A program made the translations under genes and the position numbers. DNA of 64,000 nt from Stegostoma tigrinum. Its lineage: Eukaryota. The notes under the pieces are model-generated. The model was not told the origin of the DNA and did not search any database. It worked only from the letters and a program-made list of their open reading frames with translations. Each line of letters opens with the position of its first letter. Within the stretch, counting starts at the first letter, position 1. This document shows positions 13,301 through 28,300 of this stretch, piece by piece. Location: NCBI RefSeq assembly GCF_030684315.1, contig NC_081369.1:57516477-57580476 (forward strand), given 5' to 3'.

Positions 13301-16300
13301 AAGTTTGACATTTCGGGTTGAGACCCTTCTTCAGAAATGGTAAGAAGGGTCTCAACATGAAATGTCAATTGTCCAGCATTGGCAGTTCCCACTATCTCTG
13401 TAACAATTTTAACCCCACTGTGAAACCTGTTCCAAGGATGCTGACCTTAAAGAAGTTACGCCATTTCTGAAGAAGGGTCTCAACCCGAAGCGTCAAACTT
13501 TCTTGCTCCTCTGATGTTGCTTGGCCTGCTGTATTCATCCAGCTTCACACTGTGTTAGCTCGATGAACATGTCTACAACCTCATGGTGGACAGGCTTTGG
13601 GGAGTCAGGAGGTGAGTTATTTGCTACAGTATTCCATGCCTCTCACAATCTCTTGAAACTATTGTTTTTTTATGTGGTGAGTCCAGTTGATATGGTCAAT
13701 GATAATCCCTAGGATATTGATAGTAGGGAATTCAGTGATAGTAACACCATTGGGGTGGTGGCTAGATTGTCTCTTATTAGTGACGGTCATAGCTGACCAT
13801 CAGTTTGCTGACATTCTATTGGTACTCTGCTTGAAACCCACATTTGGTGAAAGCAAAATTGTTACATGTTTCTTTTTAATATATCCACTTATCATGCATG
13901 AACCCACAGTTTATCAACAGTTACACTAGTGTTACATCTCTTCCCATTCATGCCCTGACTTCCATTTGCACACTCTCCTACCCTGGTCACAAAATCCTGG
14001 ACAAGCCTTCCTTTCAGCTCATCATGCTCCACTCATTTGACTCTACCTCAGTTCTGACCTTACTTTACCACAAGACTCTACACATGGCCTTCGACACTGG
14101 CCCTCTAACCATGCAAAAAAAAAATTGGCTGGGCAAAAGACCATCTGACCCATGAAGCCACGCTTGTGCTATGGTCTAGTGAGCATGTAATCTCCTGAGA
14201 GAGACAGGACCAATATGTGAAGAAGAGTACTTTGGCAAATTTTGCTGCAAGCCTTCTCTGTTGATTGAAACCATCCAGGAGATCGAGTGGAGGTTGGACT
14301 GGAAAAGGATTCCTTCTTTCTTCTGTGCTTACTGGATCACTGCAGCAGTAGCCAGGGATCCAAATCTGAGGAGCAGGCGTTTCTTCAGCCAGAGTTGCCT
14401 TCAGTGAGATCTTCAGCAGCGAATATATGTGAATCGTCTGGAGCAGTTGCTTCAAACAAATATGGGAAAGAAATATTGATTTGAATTTCCCTTAGCAGCC
14501 AGGCAGCTTGTGCTTTTTCAAAGCAGTTCTTGCTTTGAAAATATATATAATAACAAAGATTTAAAGCAAACCTATCCAGCCAAGAAGATGTCAATGCACC
14601 AAGTCAACATTGTCTCTGAAGTGTTCACTGGTTTAAGTCTGTCAGCTGCTGAGAAAGGAGACTTGTTGTGAGGAATAGAACGGTTGTAGCGGGGGGAAGC
14701 ACCGTGTTACGTATTCATTATAGTCTGCAAGTTAGACGAAAGGATGTCAGTGTCACTCAAACTACGACTGGTTTCCTGCAGACAATGAAGATTTAATTAT
14801 AGTGTTTTACTGTTGAACGCAACCTTTGCTGCAGAGTCAGAGCTGAGCAATTCACTGAAGATCAAAACACCTTTTTTTTTCTTCTTTCTCCCAAATGCAG
14901 CCACTTTGTTCTTTCCCTCCTCGGCCACAATGTAAGACTTGCCTTTTTTTTCCCATAAAAACAAAATTATCATTGTTGTTCCTGTTTCATGCCGTTGCAA
15001 CAGAAGTTGATAACTGTAGGGTGTATCCTGCCTGCCACTGAAGCATGAAGCAGGGATTGACTGCATGGATTGGAAATTATATGTAGGGAGCAGATGTGCA
15101 GTATCCACATCTGCACACCTACAATCAACATTTCAAATGGCTGTGATGCACCAGCAATAGAGCCTACTTATCAGTGCAGGAGTACCCCATCTGTCCCCTA
15201 AGGGCAATGTGAAAGAACCCATGATACAATTTTCAAGAAGGTCAGGGGAGTTTAATTTTCCTTTGGTTAACATCACAAACATATTATTGTTTTAGTGTTT
15301 GAGGAGCTTCCTAGGCACAAACGGGTTGCTGCGTTTCCTGTCTAAGAGCAAAGGCTACATTACAGAAGGAACAGATTTGCACTGTGCTCGAGAATAGTGC
15401 TGTAAAAATGCGAGTTCTTTGCCAGTGAAATGTGTTGTCACTTCAAGAATGCCCCAACTTTCAGATCCTGGATCAAAATCATAAATATGCATATCAATTT
15501 ACCGTGAATTAACGTATTTCTGATGCCGGTACTGTATCGAACTATGTATCCAATAAACTTAATTTATTGCTTAAGAAAGGCTGAAGAAACTGCCAAGCTC
15601 CTTCATTTTTCAACCTTATCACTAATAGCCATTTGTAAAAACTGCTTCTTTTCATTTCTTTTATTTTTGGATTGTGGCCTGAAAGGAAAAGGTACTGCTT
15701 TAAACAAAGGAGGCCCTGCAGAGAGCTGGCTGTAGTTATGTACATCATGGTCACTGGAGTTGTATGAAATGTTGCCTTTCTTTGCAACTGTGCGAGCAAA
15801 GGCAGGTACCATGGAGTCGATAGGTCTTGAATCAGACGGGGCAGGAACATCTTGGTTGGCTCCCGACCAAGTTTTCAGTGCTTGTGTTTGGCCAGTGTGG
15901 TGGGGGAACATCGAGCCTGCAAAGTGAAAGCATCAGAAAATCTCTCTGTGTCATCTCTCGTGCTCCCTCACTGTGGTAATGTGCTGGACATCAAGCCTTT
16001 GCAGTCCTAGAATTGACAGAAAACTTGAAGATTTTATCAAAATTCACAGAGTTCCCTAATTTACCTGATTTTCGAATCCAGGTTGACAGAAACCATGGAC
16101 AGGTTTTTGTACTTGGTACAAATTTCTGTTCACAATGAGTAAGGAGGTTTTTTGATTCAAATAAGTAATTCTGAGCTGTCAGCCTTCAACTCTGCTGGTT
16201 AGAACACTAACTTCCTCTCTACACACAGACAGTCACAGACAGCAAAATAAATGATGTTATGGGCAGTAGGAAAGAATGGGAAGATAGTCCAGTGGTCCCT

Positions 16301-19300
16301 GTTCACAGAGTGCGCTGATCAGATCAGTCTTCCTTCTCCAGGTGTTTTCACTTGTTTGCACAAAGTGCACGGTGAATGGTTTACACTTTTATGAAGGACT
16401 TTGACTCACTAATTATAAGTCCCAGTTTATAGCAACAGTTGAAAGAAAAATAAGCGAGCTTTCTTCAGGGTTACAGTTTTTTTTTCCTCTATGGAGGACA
16501 GCGATAACTTTCGGAAGTCTGGCAGCTTTTCATTATCTTATTCACAGCCTCATCCTGTTGCCCTATCTGGGAGCTAATCTAGCATTTTTAACAGGCAGAA
16601 GGCCTTTGTCATCGATAAACCATCCACAGAACAAACAGCTACTTGCTGTTAGCTGAATCTCCATTTGTACAAACCCCCAGGCTCCAGCTCATTTGTGAAC
16701 CTATTTCCATTGTGACCTGAACCAGCATCTGTGTAAACTGAACTTACAATGAGTGTCAGGTGACTTGCCTTTTAAAACTGTGGTAATCCTTCAACAGTTC
16801 TTGGTTTTAAAATAGTTTTCATTCCCATTTCAGTCCACAACCAAAAGTACTACAATAATTGTATATACACTCTCTTAGAAGTGCCTACAAGTCTCCAGTA
16901 ACTGCTAACTATCTTCCACTCTCCTTTCTCTGCAAAATCACTTATTGAGGAACAAAACAGCTTCACAGACAATGAAAGGGAAAATTCTCAGCCAGTAAAT
17001 GACAGCATCAATACATGAACAATCTTGTTTCATCAGTGAAGCACTTAAAAGGAATTGAAAGGAAGGGAAAAAAGACCACTGATTGAATCTTGTGGTCCAG
17101 ACTGGTGCTATGGAACAATATTTAACTTAGATTTATTTTTCCTTTTCCATCTTTAATATCCACATCTTGTCTGTTTTTGAGTATCTGTCTCTATGTCAGA
17201 GGATGGAGTTAAAAGGGGTATTTAAGTGATAATGAGTTATAAGTTAGCAATTTGTATTTCTTAATTGCCATCGGTCACAAACAATTAGTCTGCAATGTCC
17301 AGTTACTTCCTTGTGTAGTACAGAAACCTGGTCAGTGCTTTTTTTGACTTTGAATTCCATCAGGCAGGTAAACTGGGGACTTCGGATCATTTGACTAAAC
17401 CTTTTCACATGTATGACAGCCCTTTTCACATTTATGAATAGTGATGCTTAATTTCATGAGCACTGTCCTAGTGAGTTGTGACAAATTTCACTTTACAATC
17501 CTAATTTCTCAGAATTTAAGACAATACTTACAGTTTTTAAAAGATCCTGTGTTTAAAAATGTAGTAATATTTACAATGTTTTTTTAAATCGAAGTTTTGG
17601 CATGATTCATGATGGAGAAGGGAACCCGTGTCGGAAGACAGAAGGTAATATCATGTCACCAACCCTGGCTGGGAACAATGGCATATTCTCATGGTCGGCA
17701 TGTAGTAGACAGTATCTCAGCAGATTCCTCAGGTAGGTTGATAATTTACTATCAACTAAATTTTTATTTTCAATGGTTTTCCAATTTGTTCAGTGTTAAT
17801 CATGCCCAGTTCTTCCAGTACAGTTACAACAATGGCATCTACTCAAAAATGTAGAAATTTGCCCAGGTATGCCCTATAAATAAAAATCAGGACAAATCCA
17901 ACCCGGCCAATTCACACCCCATCAGTCTACTCTCAGTCATCAGTAAAGTGATGGAAGGTGTCATCAACATGCTATCAAGCAACGCCTACTCAGCAATAAG
18001 CTGTTCAGTCTGGGTTCTGCCAGGACCACTCACTACAGCGTTGGTTCAAACATAGATGAAAGAGCTGTATTCCAGAGGTGAGGTGAGAGTAACAATCCTT
18101 GACACCAACGCTGCATTCGACCAAGTGTGGCATCAAGTTGCTCCAACAATGTTAGGGTCAATGCATGTCAGGGTGGACACTGTCCACTGGTGAGAGTCAT
18201 ACGTGACACATAGGAAGATGGTTGCGGTTGTTGGATATCAGTCATCTCAGGTCCTGGATATCTCTACAGGTCTTCCTCAGGGTAGTGTCTCAGGCCCACC
18301 CATCTTCAGCTGCTTCATCAATGACCTTCCCTCCATCATCAGTTCAGAAGTGGGGATGTTTACTGATGGTTACGCAACATTCAGCACAAAATGCAACTCC
18401 TGAAACACTGAGGCAGCCCAAGTTCAAATGCAACAAGATCTGGACAATACCCAAGATTGGGCTGACAAGTGGCAAGTAATTTTCATACCACACAAATGCC
18501 AGGCTATGACCATTACACAATTTAACCACTGCCCCTTGACATTGAATTGCATTACCATCACAAGAGTCCCCCCCAAAATCTATATTCTGGGAGTTATCAT
18601 TGACCAGAAACTCAACTGGACTCACCACATAGAACAGGTAAGAAGCCAGGAATACTGTGATTAGTAATCCATGTTCTGATTTGCGAAAGACTGTCTACCA
18701 TCTACAAGGCACAAGTCAGGAGTGTGACGGAATACTCCCCACTTGCCTGGATGGAGAGATCCAAAAACACTCAAGAGGCTTGACGCCATCCAGGACAAAG
18801 CAACCCACTTGACTGGCACCACCTTCACAAGTATCCACTCCCTCCACTACTGATATTCATTGGCAGCAGTGTATACTATCTAAAAGATGCACAGCAGAAA
18901 TTCACTAAAGATCCTTAGACAGAACCTTCCAAACCCACGGCCACTTCCATCTAGTAAGGACATGGGCAGCAGATACGTTGGAACCCTACCACCTGCACGT
19001 TCCCCTCCAAGCCACTGACCATCCTGACTTGGAAACATATTGCCGTTCCTTTGCTGTCATTGGGTCAAAATCCTGGAATTCTCTCCCTAATGGCATTGTG
19101 GGTCAACCCACAGCAGGTGGACTGCAACAGCTCAAGAGGGCAGCTCACCACCACCTTCTCAAGGGCAGCTAGAGACTGGAAATAAGTGCTGGCCAGTCAG
19201 TGACACCCACATCCCACGTCCCATGACTGAATTAAAATGTACTGTTGATCTTCTGATCAGCAAGGGCAACCACTTGTACACCAAAAAATGACAAATGTGA

Positions 19301-22300
19301 GAAAGTTGGCACAAAGCAAAGAGTTCAAAGTTGTAATTGAGAAGTTGACGGATTTGGAACTGACCTTATCACAACAGGTAGCCCAGTCCTCTCTCAAAAG
19401 CACGGGAGTCAGTTGACAACATGAGCCCAATGTACTGAGGTATCAACTGACGCTTCAATCTAGAGACCATTGGATGAATTTGGACTGAACCCCAACGCAG
19501 AATGAACTTCATTCTTAAAGAAAAGCAGCTGGCAGTTGGTGTCATTCAGCATTCAAATAGTTTCTCCCTAAATGCATTTCCATCCATTGCTGGAAAAGCT
19601 GCCACTTTGTTTGTTTGCCCCTAAATACCCTTGAGAGCAGGTAAGAGTCAAGCACATTACTGTGAAGCCTGGAGACCAGCTAAGAACAACAGATTCCCTT
19701 CCCCAAGCGGCATTTATGAACCAGATGAGCTTTAAAAACATTTGGTCATGGTCATCATACTGAGATTGGCATGGAAGCTTGGATTTTTGCTTTTAAATTT
19801 AACCCAGTTCAAATTCTACAGTTGCTGTTCTGGGAGCTGAAGATATGCCTTTTGGGAATTAGCCTGGCTTTGTGGTCCTAGTGATATTACCACGACATCA
19901 CCGTGTCTTGACCTCTTAACTATACTGTCTTATCCAGCATTCAGAATGGCATGATCCAGGTGTTGGTTGGTTTGTTCTGAAGAAGGGTCACTCAACCCAA
20001 AATGTTAACTCTGATTTCTTTCCACAGATGCTGCCAGACCTGCTGAACTCTTCTAGCAATTTCTGTTTGTGTTGGTTGTTCTCTGTTGTTCAGAGATGAG
20101 AACAGACAGTTCAGCCTCTCAAGGCTTTTCACTCTTTATATTAAACCAAAACTGCTATGTGCCTTGAGTGATAATGGGAACTGCAGATGCTGGAGAATCC
20201 AAGATAATAAAGTGTGAAGCTGGATGAACACAGCAGGCCAAGCAGCATCTCAGGAGCACAAAAGCTGACGTTTCGGGCCTAGACCCTTAATCAGAGAGGG
20301 TGCTCTATCTGATGAAGGGTCTAGGCCCGAAATGTCAGCTTTTGTGCTCCTGAGATGCTGCTTGGCCTGCTGTGTTCATCCAGCTTCACACTTTGTTATC
20401 TTGGATTCTCCAACGTCTGCAGTTCCCATTATCACTGATATAAGGTTTGGAGGGATATTGGTCAAACACAGGCAAGTGGGACTAGTTTAGTTTGGGAACA
20501 TTGTCGGCATGGACAGTTGGACCAAAGGGTCAGTTTTCACGCTGTATGACTCTATGACCCTAATTAAGAAGAGGAGAATTTTCTTCACTCAAAGGCACAT
20601 GTATCATTTGGAATTTGCAGCTCCAGTGAGCAGTGGATGGTCAGTTGTTGAGTATACCCAATGATGAAGTTGTTAATTATTTTAGTACCAGGGGAACTAA
20701 GAGACTTTGGGATAATGTAGGGAGCTGGGGTGAGGCAGGAAATCAGTGATGATCTTTTTAAATAGTGGAACTAGTTAGAATGGTCAAGTAGCCTACTCCA
20801 ACTTCTATTTTGTGTTTTTCTTAAGTTATTAATGGTCCGTTTCTAATATTAAAGTTATGTCCCCTCATTCTGGACTCTCCCAACACAGGAAGTAGTTTCT
20901 TGTTTATCAACCTGATCAGTTTCTTTAATCATCTTAAGCACCTCAGTTAGATGCTAAGTATTGTCAGTAAAACAATCAACAAAAGAGCAGTCGATTCTGC
21001 ACAGATGTGGTGAACAGGAAAATGTTCACAATGTCTTTGGAATCTCAGTAGAACCCAAACAATCACATGCAGTCGACAGTAAACTTCAGGAATTAAGTGA
21101 GGCGTTCCCTCAATTTGCAAGTTGCTGAAGCATCATTTTCTTTAAAAAGAATGTATATTTTTCAGCTGTACGCTGCCTGCCTCCACCCACATGCAACATG
21201 ATAGATTTATTTCTCAGTTTTAGACTTAGAATTGCCCATTCCTGAATTATGTAGGTGATTGATTCATTTGTGTGGAGGTTATGGATGAAATGCCTTTTGA
21301 GTGCCTGAGGTAGAGGGCTAGCAATAGGTCTGCCAGTATAACGTGGAGCCAAGAGGACATTGAAATAGGCTGAGGAGTGGCAGATGGATAAATGTGAAGT
21401 ATTGCATTTTGGTAAAATAAACAAGAGCAGGACTTATACAATTAATGGTAGTGTTGTAGAGCAGAGAGACCAAGGAGTTCAGGTACATAATTCTTTGAAA
21501 TTTGCATCACAGTTAGACAGGGCAGCTAAGAAGGCATTTAGCACACTTGCAGTCATTGCTCAGACATTCGAGTTTAGGAGTTGGGATGTTACATTGAGGT
21601 TCTACAGGATGTTGATGAGGCCAGTTCTGCTGTACTGTGTGCAGTTCTGGTTGCCCTTTTCGAGGAAGGATATTATTAAACTGGAAAGAGTTCAGGAAAG
21701 AATTACCAGGATGTTGCCAGGAATGGAGGATTTGAGTTATAAAAATAGGCTGGAACTTTTTTCACTAGAATGTATGAGGTTAGGGGGTGACATAAATGTT
21801 TATAAAATCATGAGGAGCGTAGATAAAGTGAATAGCAAAGGTCTTTTCCCGAAAGTGAGGTGGTTCAAAACTTATTATTAATGTGATAGGAGAAAGATTT
21901 AAAAAGGACATGAGAGGCAACAATTTTACATGGAGAGGCTCGTGTGTACAATGAACTGCCAGAGGAAGTGGCTGATGCAGATACAGTTACAACATTTAAA
22001 AGACATTTGAATAAATTCATGAATAGGAAATGTTTGGAGTAATATGGGCCAAATGCAGGCAAGGGGGACCAGTTTAGTGTGGGAACATGATCAGTGTGGA
22101 CTGATTGGACTGAAGGGTCTGTTTCCATGCTATATGACTCTATGAAAACTGTTGAGGCTGTTTCCCTTAGTTGAAGAATCTAGAAACAGGGATCATCGTC
22201 TCAGAATAAGGTGTTGCCATTTGGAAATGAACTGAGGAGAAATTGTGAATTTTTGGAATTCTCCACTCCAGACCATTATGGAAGCTGAGTTGTCAGTCCA

Positions 22301-25300
22301 GGGTATCCGGGGATGTGGAGATATGGTGGAAGAATGGAATATGGTAGATTCCCCTGGATCCTATTTAATGGCAGGATAGTCTTGAAAGGTCCATCTAAGT
22401 CTACTTCTGGTCTTTATGATGATGGAACAATCTCACTTTTTTAAAGGTGCAGACCAAAATGTGACATTTTGAACTCAGTTTTAACCAAATAATTTTTGCC
22501 CTCTTCTATTTCCATGCCATTGTTCTAATTCTTAACTCCACGCCCTATTCATCCCAAATTACCACCGTTGAAGAACAATAGCTGTGAAACTAGTCAATGA
22601 TACACACTGATCCAACAAGCTGGAGGTCCAATATGACCACTCCACTCATTCCCAAGTACTATTGTTCTGGTTTTGCTAGTTCTTTTTCCTAACTGCGACA
22701 ACTGCTAACTCACAACTCTGTTGTGAGCTCTGGATCTTTCTGGGTGTTCAGGTATAGCTACACATCCTTGTGTAAGCCTTAAGAAGCTGTTGTGTCATGT
22801 TATGTCAATGCACACAAGCTTGCTATGCCATGCAATTCACTGAACCATAGGAAAGCGTAAAGAGCAGTAAATGGGCAGTCCTTAAGAAAGCCATGGGGAA
22901 GGGTATCTTGCACTATACTTGCATTTCTCCTCCCTTCCCCCACCACCGTACTGCCCAGCTGGTAGCAACTAATTCAAAGTAGACTTTGGGCCAAACATGG
23001 AATATCCTGGGTGCAAACTTGGGAAAAACATTGTTCATATTCTTATAAAAATAGGAATAAATCAACTGTCACCCAACATCCATGGCCTTCTCGTGCAAAG
23101 CCAAATTTGATAGAGGGTTGAGGTATTGGTTCTGGGGAGGGCGTGGAGGGGCAGAGGGGTGTGGTTTGAGAGAGTGGTTGGAGAGAGGACATGATTGCAG
23201 TGGAGTGGGTGAGCACAACAAACACCATCTTCACAGCACTTGACAGAATCTTGTTGAGTTGTCAGGAGCCTCTCAGCTCCTTCACTTCAGCTTCATCCTA
23301 CCCTGGGCTTGAATAACCCTCCCTCACCAAACCCTCGTCCCCTTTCCCCAGTCAGAAGTGACCAGCTGCCTACACTATTTTTAGTTACCATGGTTTTCAT
23401 GTGGTGACCATTCCCCTGAAGCTGTGTCATTAATTGGCCTTCATGAATTCCAATGACCGGGTGGAACCACCATCCACCGCCCTTCCCGGCCAGAGCCTAA
23501 TTCTGCAGAAGTGAGAAGATGGAAAGATTGGCACACCCCATTCTACATAATGACCTGCTGTTCACCCCTCTGCACATCTGCCCCACACCCTCTCCCATGA
23601 ACTTTGACTTCACCACCACAGGGAGCAGAAGAGTCTCTGCACACCCTTTCCACACTTGTATGTATTGCAGGAATCAAGATTATATCTTGACGCCTGACAT
23701 TGTTCCATCATTTCTTCTGTGTCTTTAAGTGAAAAATAAAGTTGTTCATACAATGTTTTCCTGAAGCAGGTTTCCTTTTACTCTATACATTTAACCAGGC
23801 AAGTCATAGGATGCAGGTTTTAACAAGAAAGAGGAATTGTTTAATTTTAGATTAAGGGATGAAGCATTGTTCTGAGCAGTGGGATGTCAGTAAATAGTTT
23901 GCCAACAAAATGTCATCACTCACCCTGCAATCTCCAGTACAATGTTTAGGTAGTAACAGAAAATCAGTTACACTGTCCTTTTCGCGTTGTTCTGTCTTTT
24001 TGACTTTGTCTCCTCTCTAAGTCATACTCAACCAGTCCAGATTTGTTTATCCCTCCACCTTTCACATCCCTTGACGTGTCTGTGTTGTGTTTTTGTTCAT
24101 AGTACGGCTCAGGCCTCCTGTCTGATTGATGAACCAAATCAACTGCATGAGTACCAGTACCCCAAAGGCCTGCCAGGGGAGCTATATGATGCTGACACCC
24201 AGTGCAAGTGGCAGTTCGGAACGAAAGCCAAGCTGTGCTCCCTCGACTTTGTGAAGGTACGTTTCTGGATGCTGTAACCCTTTTAAATCGTATTCTTATT
24301 TTAATGGCATTTTCAGAATGCGATTTCATGGGAGACCTGGAGGGTGTCAACAAGCTTATTAAAATGTTGAATGGTTTCGGTCAGAATCGTGTAGAAGTCT
24401 TTGGAATCTGTTCAGCCACTCAACTAGATAATGGATAATGTGCATCTCAAGTGCCTATACACCAGTTCTGTGGAAGAGTCATATCAGACTTGAAACTGGA
24501 ACTCTGATTCTCTTCCCACAGATGTTGCCAAATGTCACTTTCTCCAGCTCTTTCTCCTTTTATTCCATTTACACCTGCCTTGGTCCCATAACCTGGAATA
24601 TCTTTCTGTAACAAAAATCTATCAATTCTCCTTTGTTGAAATGTTCAGTTGATCCCTTAGCCTCAACATCTCTTTGAAGGAAAGAGATCCTGCTGTTCAT
24701 CATGTGAGATATGTTTCCTAATATCACCTTGGTGTGACCCAGCTGTAATTTTACTCTCCTACTCCCTTGTTCAGGAGCTTGTTCTTAAGCGGAAATAGTT
24801 TCATGGGGACTGGAGAAGATCTGTTCCACCATTCAATGAGTTTGTGGCTGATCTGTGGTCTAACTGCCTTTGGCCCATATTCATTAATACCTTTGCTGAA
24901 CAAAAGATTACTTATGTCAGATTTAAAACTAATAACTGATTTGTCATCAATTGCAGCTTATGGAAAAGAGTTCCATAACTTTCCCATCCTTTGTGTGTTT
25001 CTCTCTCACCCACTCCATCCAATGCCTCAATATCTTGGACACTTCAATTAGATCTCCCTAATCTTTTTTAATTGAGGGAGTAGAAGGTAGTAATGGGGCT
25101 AAGAATTGCTTCTCCACTTGAATATCCAAACAAGATTTTCCTTCATTCATTCATAGGATGAGGGTGTCTCTGGCCAGGCAGCATTTATCGCCTAGAGGGT
25201 AGGTTAAGAGTCAAACACATTGCTGTGGGCTTGGAGTCACATGTAAGCTAGATCAGGTCAGGATGGCAGTTTCCCTCCCTAAAGGGTATTAATGAACCAG

Positions 25301-28300
25301 ATGGGTTTTTTCCTGACAATTGACAATAGATTCACAGTCATCATTAGATTCTTAATTCCAGATATTTATTGAATTCAAATTCCACCATCTGGCGAGATTC
25401 AAACCCGGTCACCCGGACATTACCTGAGCCTCTGGGGCTAACAGCCCAGCAATAATACCACCATGCCATCACCTCCCTATTTTATTTTTCTGTTGAAAAA
25501 TTGCATTAATTGAAAGCACCTTACACTTCGAATAAATTTGACTTGATGAACCTAGCTTTAGACAGAGGCCTTGTGGCAGTGTTACTGCCTCAGAACCAGA
25601 GGTCCCATGTCAGATTCACGATGCAATGCCTGTGTCAGGTATATTTATAACATGACTGAATGTGTTGATATGTAATCTGTCAACTCTTCCAATGACCTTT
25701 CACCATTTACAATAACCTTTGATGTGGTACTTCATCAAATGCCTTCTGGAAATTGAAATACAAAACGTCCATGGGGCCCCCCTTATCAGCAGCACGTGTT
25801 AATTCCTCAATGGACTCCCATAGTATGGTTAATTATGATTTCCATTTAATAAAACATTGTTCACATTATCTGATTACTTTAAAATTATCTAAGTGGTCTG
25901 CTGTAGTATCCTTCATAATAGCATCCTTCTAACATTTCTCCTGTGACATGTTAAACAAACTGAATTGTACTTACTCGTTTCCTGTGTCCCCATTTTGATT
26001 ATTAGTATCACATTCACTATCTCCATGATGGGACCTTCCCTGAGTTTAGGGATTTTTTGACAATTGATACTAACACATCATTGTGTCACTAGTCATTTTC
26101 TTTTCAGTTCTTTGTATGAACTCCATCTGGACTCAGGCATTTGTCAGCCTGCAGATCCAGTAATTTACTCAGTACCAATTCTCTGGTGAATGTGAGTTTC
26201 TTGGAATTCCTCCCTCCATTCCATTTCACAATTTATCACTGCTTCTAGGATGTTACTTGTATTCTCCGTAGTGAATAATCATGCAAAATACATGGTGAAT
26301 TCATCTGCCACCTCCTTAATTGCCATGATCATTTCTCTAGACTCACTTTCTATAGGATCAGTGCTCTCTTTTTTAACAGCCTTTTTAAAAATTAAGAAGT
26401 GTTCAATTTGTGTTTGTTCCTGTCTGGTTTCCTGTCAAGCTCCGATCCTGGGTGTAGCAGATTTTCAGTTGTTATATTCTGTCTAATCTTCTGCTGTGTC
26501 ATTTACCTTTGCATAATTATATGCTTTTTCTTTAAGTCTGATAATATCTTTTAGAGATGACAATGCTCCATCTTTTAGAATTTCTCTTGGCAATTGGAAT
26601 GTGCCTGTTCTGTGTATTCTGAAGTATTTCCTTCGATATCTGCCACTCTGTGATTAGTAACTTATCTTTTAACAGTATTTGACTATTCACCTGAGCTAGA
26701 TTTTCTTTCACATTCTTATAATTACATTTATTTATGTTTTATAAACAGTCTTGGACGACTCTTCTCTTCCTCAAATAGATTTAGAATTCAACTTTGATAT
26801 GGTCACTGCTCTCCAGGGGTATCTTCAATATATGATCATCATTTAACCCAATCTCATTGAATAATATCAAGCCCAGTGTATCTTGCTTTCTGCTCAGCTT
26901 TAGAACTTGGCGTTCCCAGAAACAATCACGAAAACATGCTTCAGCAAAACAAAGAACTGTGGGTGCTGAAGATCCGAAACAAAACCAGAAGTTACTGGAA
27001 AAAACCGAGCAGGTCTGGCAGCATCCGTGGAGACAAAGCAGGGCTAATGTTTCGAGATCAGTGTTCCTTCCTCAGAAGCTGCCCGACCTGCAGAGTTGTG
27101 ACCGCTATTTCTGTTTTTTGTCTAAGAACTTCTTGTCTCGGTGATCTTTGCTGAATGTATGGAACAAGCTGCGAGAGGAAGTAGTGAAGGCAGGTACAAT
27201 TGTGACACACAGAAGGTATCTGGAAGGGTGTATGAATAGGAAGGGTTGAGAGGAATGTGGGCTAAATGCTGGCATACGGGACTAGATCAGTTCGGGATAT
27301 CTGGTTGGTATGGACGAGCTGGACCAAAGGGCCTGTTTCCGTGCTGTGTAACTCCTTCTGTCTCCTCCAGTGTATGTATGTTGATTAAAATCATCGTGAT
27401 TGCTGTGCCTTTCTGACATGTTCCTGTTATTTCATCACTCAAGCTCTAAATCCACCATCTCGTTCGGTTACTGTTAGGTGGGGGGCTGTACACCTAACGT
27501 TGACGTCTTAGCTTTACCATTTCGCATCACGACTCAAACTGCTTTCTCATCTTGGTTTTCTGAACTTAGGTAGTCTCTTCTTATAACTGTCGCCTATCAA
27601 GAAATCAGTGTCTTTGCAGCGGCTAGGTGATAAAGACGGATGAAGAAAAGTAGTGAGCAGTAGTGTCATGATGTTATGGCCAGGAATGGAGACCAGTGCG
27701 CAAATGAGCTACTCCCTTTGGGTTATCTTGAATGAATGGAGAGCTTTCTCTGAATGAATCCAAGCTCTTGGACTGCACAGCCATTGTTTTCCTAGTAGCT
27801 GGCCTGTAATGATTAATTACTGCAGTAACTATATTTGACTTAATGAGGACAAAACAAGAACATAATGAGGCAAGCATTGAGGAAAATATAAACCACCCAT
27901 CCTATCGAACTCACTCTCCCCATGGGCAACATACACGCAGCAAATAGTTTTCCTCCTCCTCTTGCCCAGGGTGTAGCAGATCATTAGGATACTGCAGGAT
28001 AGATGAAGTTAAAAACATGCATTTGCCCAGTGCTCTTGCAACACTATTGTTTACAAGAAGGATGTTGTGGAACTTGAAAGAATTGAGAAAAGATTTACAA
28101 GGATGTTGCCAGGGTTTGAAGGTTTGAGCTATACGGAGAGTCTGAATAGGCTGGGATTATTTTCCCTGGAGCATCAGAGACTGAGGGGTGATCATATAGA
28201 GGTTTATAAATTTGAGGGGCATGGATAATGTGAATTGCCGAGGTCTTTTCCCCTGGGTGAGGGAGTCCAAAATTTGTGGGCATAGGTTTAAGGTGAGAGG

